A DNA stretch of 60,550 bases, counting the filler, from Sphacelaria rigidula (taxonomy: Eukaryota), in the NCBI GenBank assembly GCA_964200075.2. It is 5 parts of 5 records of this genome, joined end to end, with 100 filler letters (N's around TTAATTAATTAA, not from the genome) between each part and the next. Parts side by side here need not be neighbours in the genome. Positions count along the whole stretch, not along the records: positions 24,263 to 36,292 come from CAXNAA020004212.1; 4 more parts are not named here. The stretch is one strand, 5' to 3'. The position numbers were made by a program, and so were the translations under genes. Positions 24,263 through 34,681 of this stretch are shown piece by piece. How positions within the stretch are numbered: position 1 is the stretch's first letter; the number at the start of each line of letters is the position of its first letter. Below the pieces are notes generated by a model, which did no database searches, was not told the DNA's origin, and worked only from the letters and a program-made list of their open reading frames with translations.

Positions 24263-25778
24263 CATCCTCAATCAAAAGCACCATCCTCAACATAGATGAT
24301 TGGCTGTTTGTGGCACACTCTCTGCACTCCTTGAAAAAGGTTTTCGCCATGCATGTCGTTGCTGTCGAGTACGATGGACCTATCTCCGTGTTGAGCAGCT
24401 ACGTGGTCGCTCATCCCGCACTTCCAAACATACTGTATGTGCCTGCCCACATGGCGTGGACAAATTGGTGGACGGGGTCTAGTCCTTCGAGAGTGTTGTG
24501 CAGAAACGCGCAGGTACACTTCTTCGCCGCGCATGTCTACTCTTGCTTGGCAAATAGCGACAGTTGGACAGCAACGTCAGACCCATTGACGTAGCGGGAG
24601 CCGTGATCGGAGAATGGCACTGCGCCCTTGCCTGCCTCAGAACCCACGAGGGTTTCCATAGCTCTTCGCGCGGCGGGATGCGACCGGCAGCATGATGGCG
24701 GACGTTCCGCCCCCTTCTTGCGTCAACTTCACATTTCGCGCCCGCGAGATATTCATTCGCGCCCCCGCCCGCTGCAAAGAACGTTGGATGTTCTGTTGAC
24801 TCGTGCTCAAAAATAGGTGACCTCGAGTACGAGCTGGGCCAGCTGGCGGTGATTTGCGAATGTATCCGGGCCGGGCAGTGGGTAATCCGAAGCGTTGGGC
24901 GTTGAAAATTTTACACAACATTTTGATCATCACTACGCACAACCTTCCCGGGGATGCCGAGAAGAAAAAAAGAGAATGTTTGAGCGATTTGTAGTTTCTG
25001 CAAAAACTAGAAAAACGCTATACCTCAGGGAAAACAAAATAAATACGGGGGCATTTCTATGGTGTAGTTGTGCGTCCTCGTGATGAGGAGATCCTGGTGC
25101 AATTTTGGCCAAAAATTCCAGAGATTTGTGTGGCACGGCTGCGCTCCTTTAACCAAAGTGATGATGCAGTTGACTCCAGAAATTGTGGAGGTCACGAGTT
25201 CAAATCCCGACGGATTCCTTTTTTTTGTTCCGTTGGTTGGGCGATACATTACACAGTACCTTATTTTCCCGAAAAAAACGTTCAGCGGCGGTCCCGTCCG
25301 TTACCACGTCGGTCTGCAGATCAAACCGATACACTCAAGTCGGGCTGATTTGGCAAACTTGATGAGTTATGGTGGTGTGACATGCTAATGCGGTATTTAC
25401 TGCTGGCCCAGCTAGTATCTATTTACCCCAAATTTTTCGTGCCTTAGACAGCTCGTGAGCTACAGTACCTGAAACAACAAATCGAAGAGAACTCTCAGAT
25501 ATGTTGTCCAAGAATACGAGAGGTACGTGATGCGGGGTCAGAGAAGCCAAAGTGCGACTTTTGCGCTACTCCGCGTGCTCGGCGTCTAGCGCAGTAGGGA
25601 ATACACATGAAAAAGGGAGAAAAATGAGCTATATCATGATACGGACCGGTGCAATAATAACAGGCAATATTCACGTAGCTAATGAGCTGTTCGGCGTGTG
25701 AAATCTTTGAAGATAAACATGACCGAAACTAATGAAACCGTGTATAACAGAACGTTTAGAGATCGACGTTCAACGTAG

Positions 25779-26048
25779 GAGTGGTGCCGCGAGAGACCCC
25801 CCCCCCCCACCCCCCCACACAGGAAAATGGTTGGTTTGAGGAGGCAAGATCTACATGCAAATCGAAAAAATGACAACCCGAGCACACACCGAGCAGCTGG
25901 GAAATCCCATGCTTGAAATCGTTTTCGCCAATGTCGCCCACATGAGGGACTTTATGAAGTCTGAAACCAGCTTTCATGCGCTGTGTGGCCATTTTCTTCG
26001 TGACACTTTTGGGGGTGGTTTTGGGAGGGGGTTATCGAGGCATGACTT
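25779..26048. mobile_element. MITE, GAG-terminus relative of the GAC family, ~270 bp, imperfect 4-bp TSD (gtag/atag)
   Basis: GAGTGGTGCCGCGAGAGACCCC...GGGGTTATCGAGGCATGACTT. The internal gagcagctgggaaatcccatgcttg...tttcgccaatgtcgccca matches the reverse complement of 21560-21690. Confidence 0.75.
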
Positions 26049-26434
26049 ATAGCCGCGTGTCCTTGTTGGCCCTTACACGGGGAACAGAAATGAACCAGTT
26101 GCAGTTGCACTACTGTAGAGTAGCACGTGCACTAAACTCGAGTGTCTGTAAACTCCGTGCTAGGATAACCAAGTCCGTGTAATCCGCACTAAAGTCGATA
26201 AGTTTGTACACGCGACACTGAAACCAAACATCAATAGTTTGCACAAGCTACACTGAAATAAAGCAGTTGGTGCAATGACGCTACACTCAGGTATCTAGTA
26301 CAGGTATCGCTAAATGCAAGTGATTAGTGCGGATCTGCTTCCCACTACCAACTCCCCTCCCCCCTACAGGCGAAGCAGGGTACAGGAGGAAACCAAAAAG
26401 AGATAACGTATACAGGTAACACTGCATCTGCACC

Positions 26435-27150
26435 CCGTCGCAGATCGGCGATTGACAGATGCGAGCGACCTTCTAGCCCAACTTGCACCGTCTTCGTGCT
26501 CGAGATTGCACTGGCTTCGACTTGGCATCCTCTGCACCCTGGAGCGAGGTTGGCGATAGACAGACGCGCGACCTTGAGACGCAAAATTTTCACCTGCTCT
26601 GATTGAGGTAGCACCGGCTTTTGCAACCGGACACATCCCGAACGCGAGGTCGCCGACTGACGGGCGAGCGATCTTCGAGCCTAATATTTTCTCCCCCTAC
26701 ACTCGAAGTCTCGAAAGGGATGCGTGGTCAATGGTCAAATGACTAAGGCAAGCAACAAATGAGTACACTCGAAGCAGGACAGGCGTGGGTTTCGCCTGCA
26801 CCCTCTGTGCTTGAGGCGGCTGCGGCTTGGATTTATTGATCCACACGTGCGCCATCGTCGCGAGGTCGGCGATAGACGGGCAACCTACCTTCGAATCAAA
26901 CATTCGTACTCCCTGCGCTTGAGGGCTTTGCTTTGCCGAACCAGCACTCACATAGCCCCGCCGCCAGATCGGTATTAGACGGGCGAGTGCCCTTCTAACC
27001 CACCCCCTTTCCTTGAGGTAGCGACGAGCTGGATTGACCGACTCAAACTTTGACCACCGTTGTTGGTGCCAGCTCGGCGACAGACAGGCGAACGAACTCC
27101 AAACCTCAACTTGCGCATCCGGTGCTTTGAGGTAGTGCCGACTTCATGCG
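26435..27150. repeat. Degenerate ~105-115-bp tandem repeat (core gcgaggtcggcgatagacgggcgagcgacctt)
   Basis: The core recurs at about 26440, 26544, 26644, 26860, 26965 and 27072. A LINE fragment interrupts the array. Confidence 0.65.
26709..26765 (+). mobile_element. 57-bp 5'-truncated LINE 3' end with target-site duplication
   Basis: Flanked by the direct repeat (TA)CACTCGAAG at 26698-26708 and 26764-26774. Encodes SRKGCVVNGQMTKASNK*. Confidence 0.85.
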
Positions 27151-27282
27151 CCCACACCCTCAACATTTTCCGCAGAAAACGGCAAATCCAACCCGACAAC
27201 GCGCAAGTTTTCCAGCATTGAAATAACACAAGTTTGGATTCCACGCGTACGTCCCGTCTTGATGTAAGTACGCCTGTAACAG

Positions 27283-27352
27283 CTGTGGAGCGGTGACCTG
27301 AAGGGATAAAGTGGTCAGTGATCGAACGACGAAGGCAAGAAACAAATGAGTA
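27283..27352 (+). mobile_element. Diverged LINE 3' end fragment (same family)
   Basis: Ends gaaggcaagaaacaaatgagta and is followed by a C-rich run. Confidence 0.6.
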
Positions 27353-28246
27353 TCCCCCCTCCCCGCCCCCTCCCACGGCCCTCTCGTTATATCAATATCC
27401 ATGTTTGACGACACGTTTGGGGTTTGTCCCCTTCTCAAATCCTTGAGCGCCAGATGTCACACATAGAACCCTAGGCGAGCCAACGAAGAGATATGAAGAC
27501 ATTTGCTTCGGTTCAATACAAAACATGATTAGGTGTTCAGGGGGGTCACTGAATACACGGCATGCAGTAATTTGGGGTGGCACTTGCAAAACATCTAATA
27601 ATTGGGCAGCCACAACGTCGGGGCTACCGACATTGAAGTTCAGCCTACGATATTACCGCGAAAGATGGTCTGATGGTCAAAGCTATACACTATGCGAAGT
27701 ACTAGATTTGTTCACACAGCACCTGGCTCGGCGGTGCCCACTGGTGTGTGTCTGTATTTACTCTGCTACCCTGAATCCCTTGGGCTCTTTACCTCTTTTT
27801 TTTTGCTCTTTCCTTTCCTCGAATTTTTTTGTTTTGTTTTAGATCGGCCCTTTCTTTCTGTGCTTTGTTTTTGTTGACTTTTTTTATTCACGTCTTAGTC
27901 CACTTACCATGTCATTCTGGATTGACGCTACGGTAGAGGTACACAAATATTTAGCGAGGTGAAAACCGTGAGGAGCCCTTCATCTCATCCAAAACACGAC
28001 TTATGAAATATGTGAGAGTACGCCACGATTACTGTTCCAACGTGCCAGGGATATCCCGACTGGATTTGCGAACGAGGATGCCCTGACCCATATTCTTGTG
28101 CATCTAGAAGCGTTAGGGGCCCCTGAACCAGACAACATTTTGAGCAGAAAGTGCACCCCTACCGTCTACCGTAGCATTGCTCTCTGTTCGACTTTTCATG
28201 TTCCTTCTTTATCTTCAGCGAGTGATTCATTTTATTTTTATTAGAC

Positions 28247-28318
28247 ACGTCTATCATGTGACCACGGCTGGATCATGACCCCTGGAGGGTCAGTTAAAGT
28301 GCGACAATCAAAATCAGC
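28247..28318 (+). mobile_element. Retroposon 3' end with CAAT-type tail
   Basis: Homologous to the minus-strand copy at 15225-15300. Confidence 0.6.
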
Positions 28319-28449
28319 ACCGCTGTTGGGTTGAGTGACTTTTGATTGAATCCAGGGTGCCGCTTTTCGCCAAATATCCGGGTTTATTTCCGTAAAAATG
28401 ACACAACGGGAGTGCAAGCTGTGAAAAGTGGTGCCTTTCAGTGACGGGA

Positions 28450-28510
28450 ATTGATTGATTGATTGATTGTAACGGTAATTGATTTGATTGATTGATTGAT
28501 TGATTGATTG
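28450..28510. repeat. Interrupted (GATT)n microsatellite
   Basis: Read directly from the sequence. Probably the tail of a minus-strand retroposon. Confidence 0.9.
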
Positions 28511-28799
28511 AGTACATGTGGCAATAACGGGTTCGTGACAGTATTTCGCCGTGAAAGTAATCACCGCGCAGAAACAAGCACATGCGACGACACAGCGTCG
28601 CCGACAGCACGGAGTCTGTGTGCACAGCGAGAACTGAGACGAGAAGTCGATGAGTCATGACCAGATTGAGAGATGGAGATCTCAATCACAGCGGTCGTGC
28701 CTACAAACAGAATACACCGGCCGAACGGGAATTCTCCACCATGATATCGGACTATATATGCACAGAATTCGACTTAACGGTCGACGAGGTAAAGGAACT

Positions 28800-28990
28800 G
28801 CTGAACCCCTCTCGCGACAAAAAGGAAAGGCAAGCACCGCAGAAGCAAGGTGGAGGACTAAAACAAAAAAATCGCAAAAAAAAAAAACGGAGTTGGCCTT
28901 CCTCCTGTCTGACCCCGGCTGGTGCACCCACATACACCGAAAGGTGTTGACCGGCGTCTAGGGTAGATGGGATAACAACACACACATACA
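28800..28990 (+). mobile_element. Non-LTR retroelement 3' end with (CA)n tail
   Basis: ccttcctcctg..tgaccc...ccgaaaggtgt.gac.ggcgtctagg.taga.ggga...caacacacaca matches the minus-strand copy at 42046-42200. Confidence 0.65.
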
Positions 28991-29283
28991 CATATGCGCA
29001 GTACATTCTGCTTTTTAGAGGCTAGACCCAAACGTGTTGGGCCTCGAAACAAAATAGCGGGAATCGTGATACCCACACACACCAACATCCCATCCGACAG
29101 GAAGCCATTTTCGGTTTTCGGTGGCATTGATCAATGGGGGTGATTTTTGCTTCGTCAGAAATCTGCCGGAGGCTCAAGCCACATGTTGTCCACGAAGCAG
29201 GTTACGTGCCATAACAAGGTGGGTGTGGGTGGCGCAAGACTGCACACATCTTGTTCGGAGCTTGTACCCACCCATGACAATTT

Positions 29284-29360
29284 GGGGGTAGATGTGGGAA
29301 CAACCACATAAAAGGAAAATATTCCTACAAGCGCCCGTCGAGAACTCAGCTTTTCACATC
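29284..29360 (-). repeat. Dispersed repeat end terminating in a C-run (copy 1)
   Basis: The minus strand reads tgtgaaaagctgagttctcgacgggcgcttgtaggaat...gttcccacatctaccccc. Homologous to 29792-29875. Confidence 0.6.
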
Positions 29361-29449
29361 GGCGACACCATGAGATATCTCGCATGCTTCATGGACACAA
29401 CATCCCGGATTCGAATCCCCGCTCCCACCAAAAAGCGACCCGAAGTTAA

Positions 29450-29556
29450 CCCTTAGGGACCTCACTGACGATTTTTGTTTTTGAGAATCGGCATCATTTT
29501 GACTCGAAATGATGCCGATTCACAAAAACAAAAATCGTCAGTGGGGTCCCTAAGGA
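29450..29556. mobile_element. piggyBac-like palindromic MITE, 107 bp, TTAA TSD
   Basis: TTAA|CCCTTAGGGACCTCACTGACGATTTTTGTTTTTG...CAAAAACAAAAATCGTCAGTGGGGTCCCTAAGGA|TTAA forms a near-perfect hairpin. Confidence 0.85.
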
Positions 29557-29791
29557 TTAACTCGGGACGAAAAAGTCGCGAAAATGGTGGGAGACCACAC
29601 AACTGGAGGATGGCTTCGAAGCAGAGTTCAGAGACTAACGGGGAAATCTTCTACGGAGATTGTTGGCTTGGGGACCCAACACAAGTAGAAGGTATGTGAA
29701 ATATGGTGTACATCCTCACCGCTAGCCGGCGAAATAGGTTACTCCTACAGGACTCTTCTCATTGCAAAAACGAAAGCAGACGCCTATAAAA

Positions 29792-29875
29792 GGGGGGGGG
29801 GGGGGTGATGTGGGAACCACCATATAGAGCGGGAAAACTCCCATAAGTATCCGTCGAGGAATCACCTTTTCACAA
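29792..29875 (-). repeat. Dispersed repeat end terminating in a C-run (copy 2)
   Basis: Homologous to 29284-29360. On the minus strand it ends gttcccacatca followed by about 14 C. Confidence 0.6.
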
Positions 29876-30244
29876 AGAGTGTTCATAGGATGGAAATGAA
29901 GCGGCCTTTTTGGGGGTTTAATGGTCTTTAACTGTCTTTGAAAATTCAAGAGCCTGACGTCCACAGCGCACAGAAGACATGGACACACAACCACATGAGC
30001 ACATCACAAAAATCACGGGAGAAGGAGTGACAAAAAGTCGCCTCAATCCACGCACCAAAAACGATCTAACGATCTAACACATTTTCACAGTGAACAACCA
30101 CAAAATCGCAAATACATCTGAATGACACACTATGTCCCACACCCACACGAAAATAATCGCAAAATGCGACTGGCTCACAAAATGGAATCCCCCCCCCCCT
30201 TCCCCCTCCTCCTTCAACCGGCCTGCCCCTCCCGCTCTTATCTA

Positions 30245-33200
30245 CTACACCACAGCTCCTCCTCCTTGATGAAGCCGCAACGCCTGATATATTTCACCAA
30301 CCTTGCCCATCACGGAGAGTGCTTCCCTCGCCGTGGCCAGCTGCGGTCCGTCTCGCACCCACGCTACTCCTAACGCCCGCGCCGAGTCACTCGCGTCATG
30401 CACGGCTTGTCTCAGCGGATGTAACTCCCGCGAAAGTGCTTCAGCCGCCTCACCCCGGATTTCAACATCATCCTGGCAGTCCTTGCTCTGCAACATTGCG
30501 CCTGCTCGACGCAGCAGGGCCTCGCGAACAAGCGGCGACATGGATTCGTGCGAGCATGTCACGGTGATCTCAACCGTCTTCTCTGCTCGTCGGCCCCGCA
30601 GCCCTGCCGCCTCCGCACCGCCTCCCGCGCCGGAACTCCCTCGTACCGTTGACGTTGTCTTAAAATCCGAACTACAGGTGGCACGAAAGACGGCGACTTG
30701 CCCAGCCACCCGCACAGCGGCGACCTCTGCCGAATCGTCACCGCTACGCGCACGCTCTGAGCGCACGCTCGCCACGGGCGCGAGGGGGGTATGGTGTGCT
30801 TGGGTGAAAGATGGATTTCTCGAAGTTCCTAATAAGCGCGCCAACAGGTCTCCCGTGTTGCTATCGGTGCTTGCCACAACCAGGCGAAAATTCCTCCAGG
30901 CCGCCGGTAGTATTCGCGTCCCCACCGGAGCAATAGAAGACATGGAAAAATTCGACGCGAAAGCTCTTCCCCCCTTATTTCGTGGTCCGCTGATAGGGGA
31001 CTTGCCGTTGTTCTCAAGGACGTCCACCACAGCCATCTGTGGCCCGCAAAAAGATGCTCCCCGACCGGGTGCAGCCGCTCGAACGGCCGCCGTGCTAGCG
31101 GGGACGGACGGGAGTGGGAGACTCCAGTCGAGGATGTCAAAGCGCGCGCTACCAAGCTCGACACACACTCCTTTCGCTGAATCGGTCACACGCGTGGCAC
31201 CAACACATGCTCCGGCAATTACTCTGTGGGCAGCAGCGACGCCGTCTGCAGCACCCGCCGATACGCACACATTTCCTCCAGCAAACAGAAACTGTAGCCA
31301 ACTTATGGTTACAACCGGGCGGGCAGAGGGAAGCGTGACGGGCACAGACGTGCTCCATGTCCGCCCCTGACGCAAAGACGACATCGGCACAGCTGCTGAC
31401 GTCGACCAAGCCCATCCCTCCGCTGTGGCTCTATTTTCTATGCCCCCTCCTCGGCCGGCTGCCGTCGCAGTCTCCGACAGTATTTGGGTTGTCAGGAACC
31501 ACCGACCGATCCCCTCCGCTCCCGGTTCGGGCAGGTTGGTCGCGCGAGCCCCATCAAGGCTCCAAAGTCGTACATGCAACCGCACGCGCAGGGTACCGCC
31601 GGCCCCTCCCGACGCTTCTTCTGACGAGGCGTTCACTTGCTCCACATCTGGACTCATCGACACCGCATACCCGAAGGAAGGAGACACGGCTCCTCCGTCC
31701 CAGTCTCCGCCGCCGGCAACGAGCGTCGGGATAAGCCTGGTTGCTCCTCGGAGAATGCGAAGTTCGTCATCTCTTTTCGCCGATTCCGCAGAGAGCGCCG
31801 CACACTGCAAACCTACATTGGACAGTCTCTCCAACTGGCACCTGACCCTGCGTTCAATTCCGGCAGTTCCACCCACCCTAACCCCGCCCTTTCCTGTGTC
31901 CAGTCCCCATCCTTGTAGCTCCTCCGGAGACTCTGGGGCAAGAAAGCCGATAAGCCTACCGCGTGCTGACAGGGACATGACGAGGGTGCGCTCTGATGCC
32001 AACATTGCCAGCGAAGGTGTCCCCGTGCGCGTCCCTTTGTCCCCAGTCAGTACGCGCGCCACCGCTATATCAATAGTTTCGCACGGCAGTGGCAAACGCA
32101 CTGGTCGCAAGCACAACTTGGTGCCGAAGCTATCCAACAACTCACCACCGGTGCTTCGCATGTCCCATCTGTCGAGGTTTCCTTCGTCAGACAATTCATC
32201 CTGAGGTATCGCACTCGCAAAAAGCGCACCTGCATGACAATGAACAAGAAAACCGGGGGTTGCGCATCCCGCAGATATTCTGAATGGTAGCTGGAAATCT
32301 CTACGCCGGAGACACGGCAAAGGTGTCTCTTCCAGCTGGTCTCTGTCCGCGGAGGTGGATTCTCCACCGGGACCACCCCTGCCTCCGACTCCTGTCTCTG
32401 GCCTCACTCTCTTTCGCGACCCCCGTCGCGGCATATCAGCGAGGCTTACGACCACACCCTTCGCTCCAACCACCAAGAGTCCAATCGTTTTCCCTCTCGA
32501 ATCTATCCGCGGGTTGATCGTAACTACTGCTTGATCGCCAAGACGGATCAGAATACCCCCGCCAACTCCCGGACACCGATGAAGCGGTGCCCATCGCACA
32601 CTCCCCGATTGGTCACCAACGAGGAGCACCGCGGGACCTTTCGCGGGGTCTTCCGGCGGAAGGGCCACGCGGGCTTTGCTGTTGCCATCGCTGGCCACTG
32701 CTGGCGATTTCGTCTGCTGGGGTGGAAACGGAGTCGCCCATAGTGCGAGCTCCGCCCCAAATAACGCCGTAAACACCCGGCGCGGCAATGAAAACCCGCT
32801 TTTGGTATTCCTGATGGTGTTGGCGCCTACTATGTCTGCCCTCCTCGCATCGCCACCACCGCCGCTTGCACCTTCTTGGTCCTCATCGGACCACACCACA
32901 GCTACCGTTGTTGGGGCGGCGCCATCCACTCCACCTAAAGTTGAGAGAAACCGCGTACCCCTACTCGGAGAAGCATCACAAGCGACGCCAGTTTCCCCAA
33001 GGACAGAGGGCAGCCGATACAAAGATGCCCGGTCTACTATCCCGACGATGGCAGCGGTGCTTCCCGGGCAAGTAGCTACGCGACGCGCGCCGAAGTGGGT
33101 ACAGATTGCCCAGCGATCCTGAGCGAGGAGCACTAAACCACCCAAGGACGTGCCGCCGACCGAAGCGCCTTTGTCGACACAACTCTGTCCTTGCTGTGGT

Positions 33201-33889
33201 TGTTCAATAGAGGGCGAGGTGTCGTAAGCGATGGTCGGCGCCATGTCGTCAAAAATGCCCAATTCGTGGGCTCGAGTCGAGGATGCAGCCGGAATTCGGG
33301 AAGTGCCGTTGTCGCTACTTCGCTTCTTTTTAGAAATTTGTTCACCACACTCTGTTGCTGTTGCTTCCGTATAGGACGAAGTATCGGCGGTTGGGCCACG
33401 CTTGCCTTCTAGTACCTCCGCAGCAGGTAGGGCGTACGTTGTCCCGTCTCTACAGACAACTACACAAAGGAACAGCAGCTGGCCCGCTCGCGGCGCGCGT
33501 GGCGGCAGCAGACCCGCTACATCCACGATGGGGGAGCTAAACTCAATTATCCGGCAGAGCCTACGGCCCAGAAACAAGTGCAACGTGCACGGCTGCGCCT
33601 TCACCGCAAAGATGACATCTGAGAGTTGAGGAGCACTGCTATTGCCACCGCTTTCCTCACCCGCTGCCCGCTTGTGCCCTACACCAGCAAGGGAATCTCC
33701 TGTGCCTTCACCGCAGTTTAGGTATCTAACGAAGGGACTACTGCTACCGCGCATAGTTACGGTTGCTTCTGGGGCCAGCACTACTGAGAAAGGTCGAGGC
33801 CGCGAAGTTCTTACCGCTGCCTCGTGATCATCGTCGACGTCGTTATGGTGGGCAGCAACAGCAGCAGTGACAGGTCCATTCTTCATCAT
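30245..33889 (-). CDS. FAAP100: Intronless 1214-aa protein resembling Fanconi anaemia core complex-associated protein 100
   Basis: Long ATG-initiated ORF. Its motifs are colinear with my recollection of vertebrate FAAP100: VFTALFGAELAL..AVLLVGDQSGSV (cf. LFGADA.L..SPV.LCGLPDGQL), LVMSLSARGRL (cf. LLALSAKGRL), coiled coil RVRCQLERLSNVG..LSAESAKRDDEL (cf. KIKELLSGIGNISER...QRNKAL), GVCVELGSARFDILD (cf. GVCLPL..HTVDMLQ) and C-terminal IYQALR (cf. VYRQLR). The coding status is near certain; the name rests on recalled similarity, not a search. Confidence 0.72.
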   Translation of the reverse strand: MMKNGPVTAAVAAHHNDVDDDHEAAVRTSRPRPFSVVLAPEATVTMRGSSSPFVRYLNCGEGTGDSLAGVGHKRAAGEESGGNSSAPQLSDVIFAVKAQPCTLHLFLGRRLCRIIEFSSPIVDVAGLLPPRAPRAGQLLFLCVVVCRDGTTYALPAAEVLEGKRGPTADTSSYTEATATECGEQISKKKRSSDNGTSRIPAASSTRAHELGIFDDMAPTIAYDTSPSIEQPQQGQSCVDKGASVGGTSLGGLVLLAQDRWAICTHFGARRVATCPGSTAAIVGIVDRASLYRLPSVLGETGVACDASPSRGTRFLSTLGGVDGAAPTTVAVVWSDEDQEGASGGGGDARRADIVGANTIRNTKSGFSLPRRVFTALFGAELALWATPFPPQQTKSPAVASDGNSKARVALPPEDPAKGPAVLLVGDQSGSVRWAPLHRCPGVGGGILIRLGDQAVVTINPRIDSRGKTIGLLVVGAKGVVVSLADMPRRGSRKRVRPETGVGGRGGPGGESTSADRDQLEETPLPCLRRRDFQLPFRISAGCATPGFLVHCHAGALFASAIPQDELSDEGNLDRWDMRSTGGELLDSFGTKLCLRPVRLPLPCETIDIAVARVLTGDKGTRTGTPSLAMLASERTLVMSLSARGRLIGFLAPESPEELQGWGLDTGKGGVRVGGTAGIERRVRCQLERLSNVGLQCAALSAESAKRDDELRILRGATRLIPTLVAGGGDWDGGAVSPSFGYAVSMSPDVEQVNASSEEASGGAGGTLRVRLHVRLWSLDGARATNLPEPGAEGIGRWFLTTQILSETATAAGRGGGIENRATAEGWAWSTSAAVPMSSLRQGRTWSTSVPVTLPSARPVVTISWLQFLFAGGNVCVSAGAADGVAAAHRVIAGACVGATRVTDSAKGVCVELGSARFDILDWSLPLPSVPASTAAVRAAAPGRGASFCGPQMAVVDVLENNGKSPISGPRNKGGRAFASNFSMSSIAPVGTRILPAAWRNFRLVVASTDSNTGDLLARLLGTSRNPSFTQAHHTPLAPVASVRSERARSGDDSAEVAAVRVAGQVAVFRATCSSDFKTTSTVRGSSGAGGGAEAAGLRGRRAEKTVEITVTCSHESMSPLVREALLRRAGAMLQSKDCQDDVEIRGEAAEALSRELHPLRQAVHDASDSARALGVAWVRDGPQLATAREALSVMGKVGEIYQALRLHQGGGAVV

Positions 33890-34571
33890 TTGAAAAATGT
33901 TTGGGGCGTTGCTTGCAGTTGTTGCGGGGAGGAGCTAGCCCTTTGAGTAAAAATACCCACAACACCATTAGGAATATCTATACTTGTGATGTACCATACT
34001 ATGATCCTTCTGCTGCGTTGATGGGCAGGCTCACGCAGAGCAACACATCACGTGTAGCCCCGCAGGACGGAGACTTTACACTAGCCCAAGTACTCAGACC
34101 CGCGGTCAGACAAGGATAATATCGATTTGGAAACTGCGACATAGAGCTGGACGTCAACAGAGCGAGGCTTCGCCTCACTTGACTACAATCTGAACCGTGG
34201 ACATGAAAGATTATTTCCCGTACTCAGGCATCAAGTATATATTCATATTTCTCGTCGCAGCTGTAGCGACATACTGTCTGTAGAATCTTCCCGCGCTGCT
34301 CAAAAATAGACGGTGCGACTGGTCATCATTGGCCAAGGTTGCGGCGAGTCTATTATTATTGTTCTGAAAATACAAGTTGTAGTGCAGTTACAGAGAAGAT
34401 GTTGGATGTTGCCAGCCCGGTGCTGTGCTGCTCACTTTCCCAGCCAGCTAGAACTTTCCTACTCGAGTGTCAATCGCACCGTGACTCAGGGGTGTTTCTG
34501 TCGACGTTGGATGTAGGAGATAAATTGCACCCGCAACACGCTAATTCTGAGATAACCTAGAACAGCGTCCC

Positions 34572-34648
34572 ATGACGGACATGGACATTCCTACGCCAGA
34601 TCCCGTTCCTGGTGCGATGCGGGATAAAAGCCAAGATCAACAGCGGCC

Positions 34649-34681
<33 letters not shown>

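Noticed and set aside
26435-27150. EsV-1-7 cysteine-rich repeats
   Set aside because: The translations lack the regular C-x-x-x-x-C...C-x-x-H spacing.
29400-29430. Intact tRNA gene (ggattcgaatccccgctcccacca)
   Set aside because: Only a T-arm/3' remnant is visible, with no D-arm, anticodon arm or matching 5' acceptor strand.
30303-33827. 355-aa, 259-aa and other antisense ORFs over the FAAP100-like gene
   Set aside because: Ser/Ala/Pro-rich mirror translations of the real minus-strand gene.
2738-33889. Separase plus FAAP100-like as a genome-stability gene cluster
   Set aside because: They lie in different segments separated by artificial spacers, so linkage cannot be inferred.
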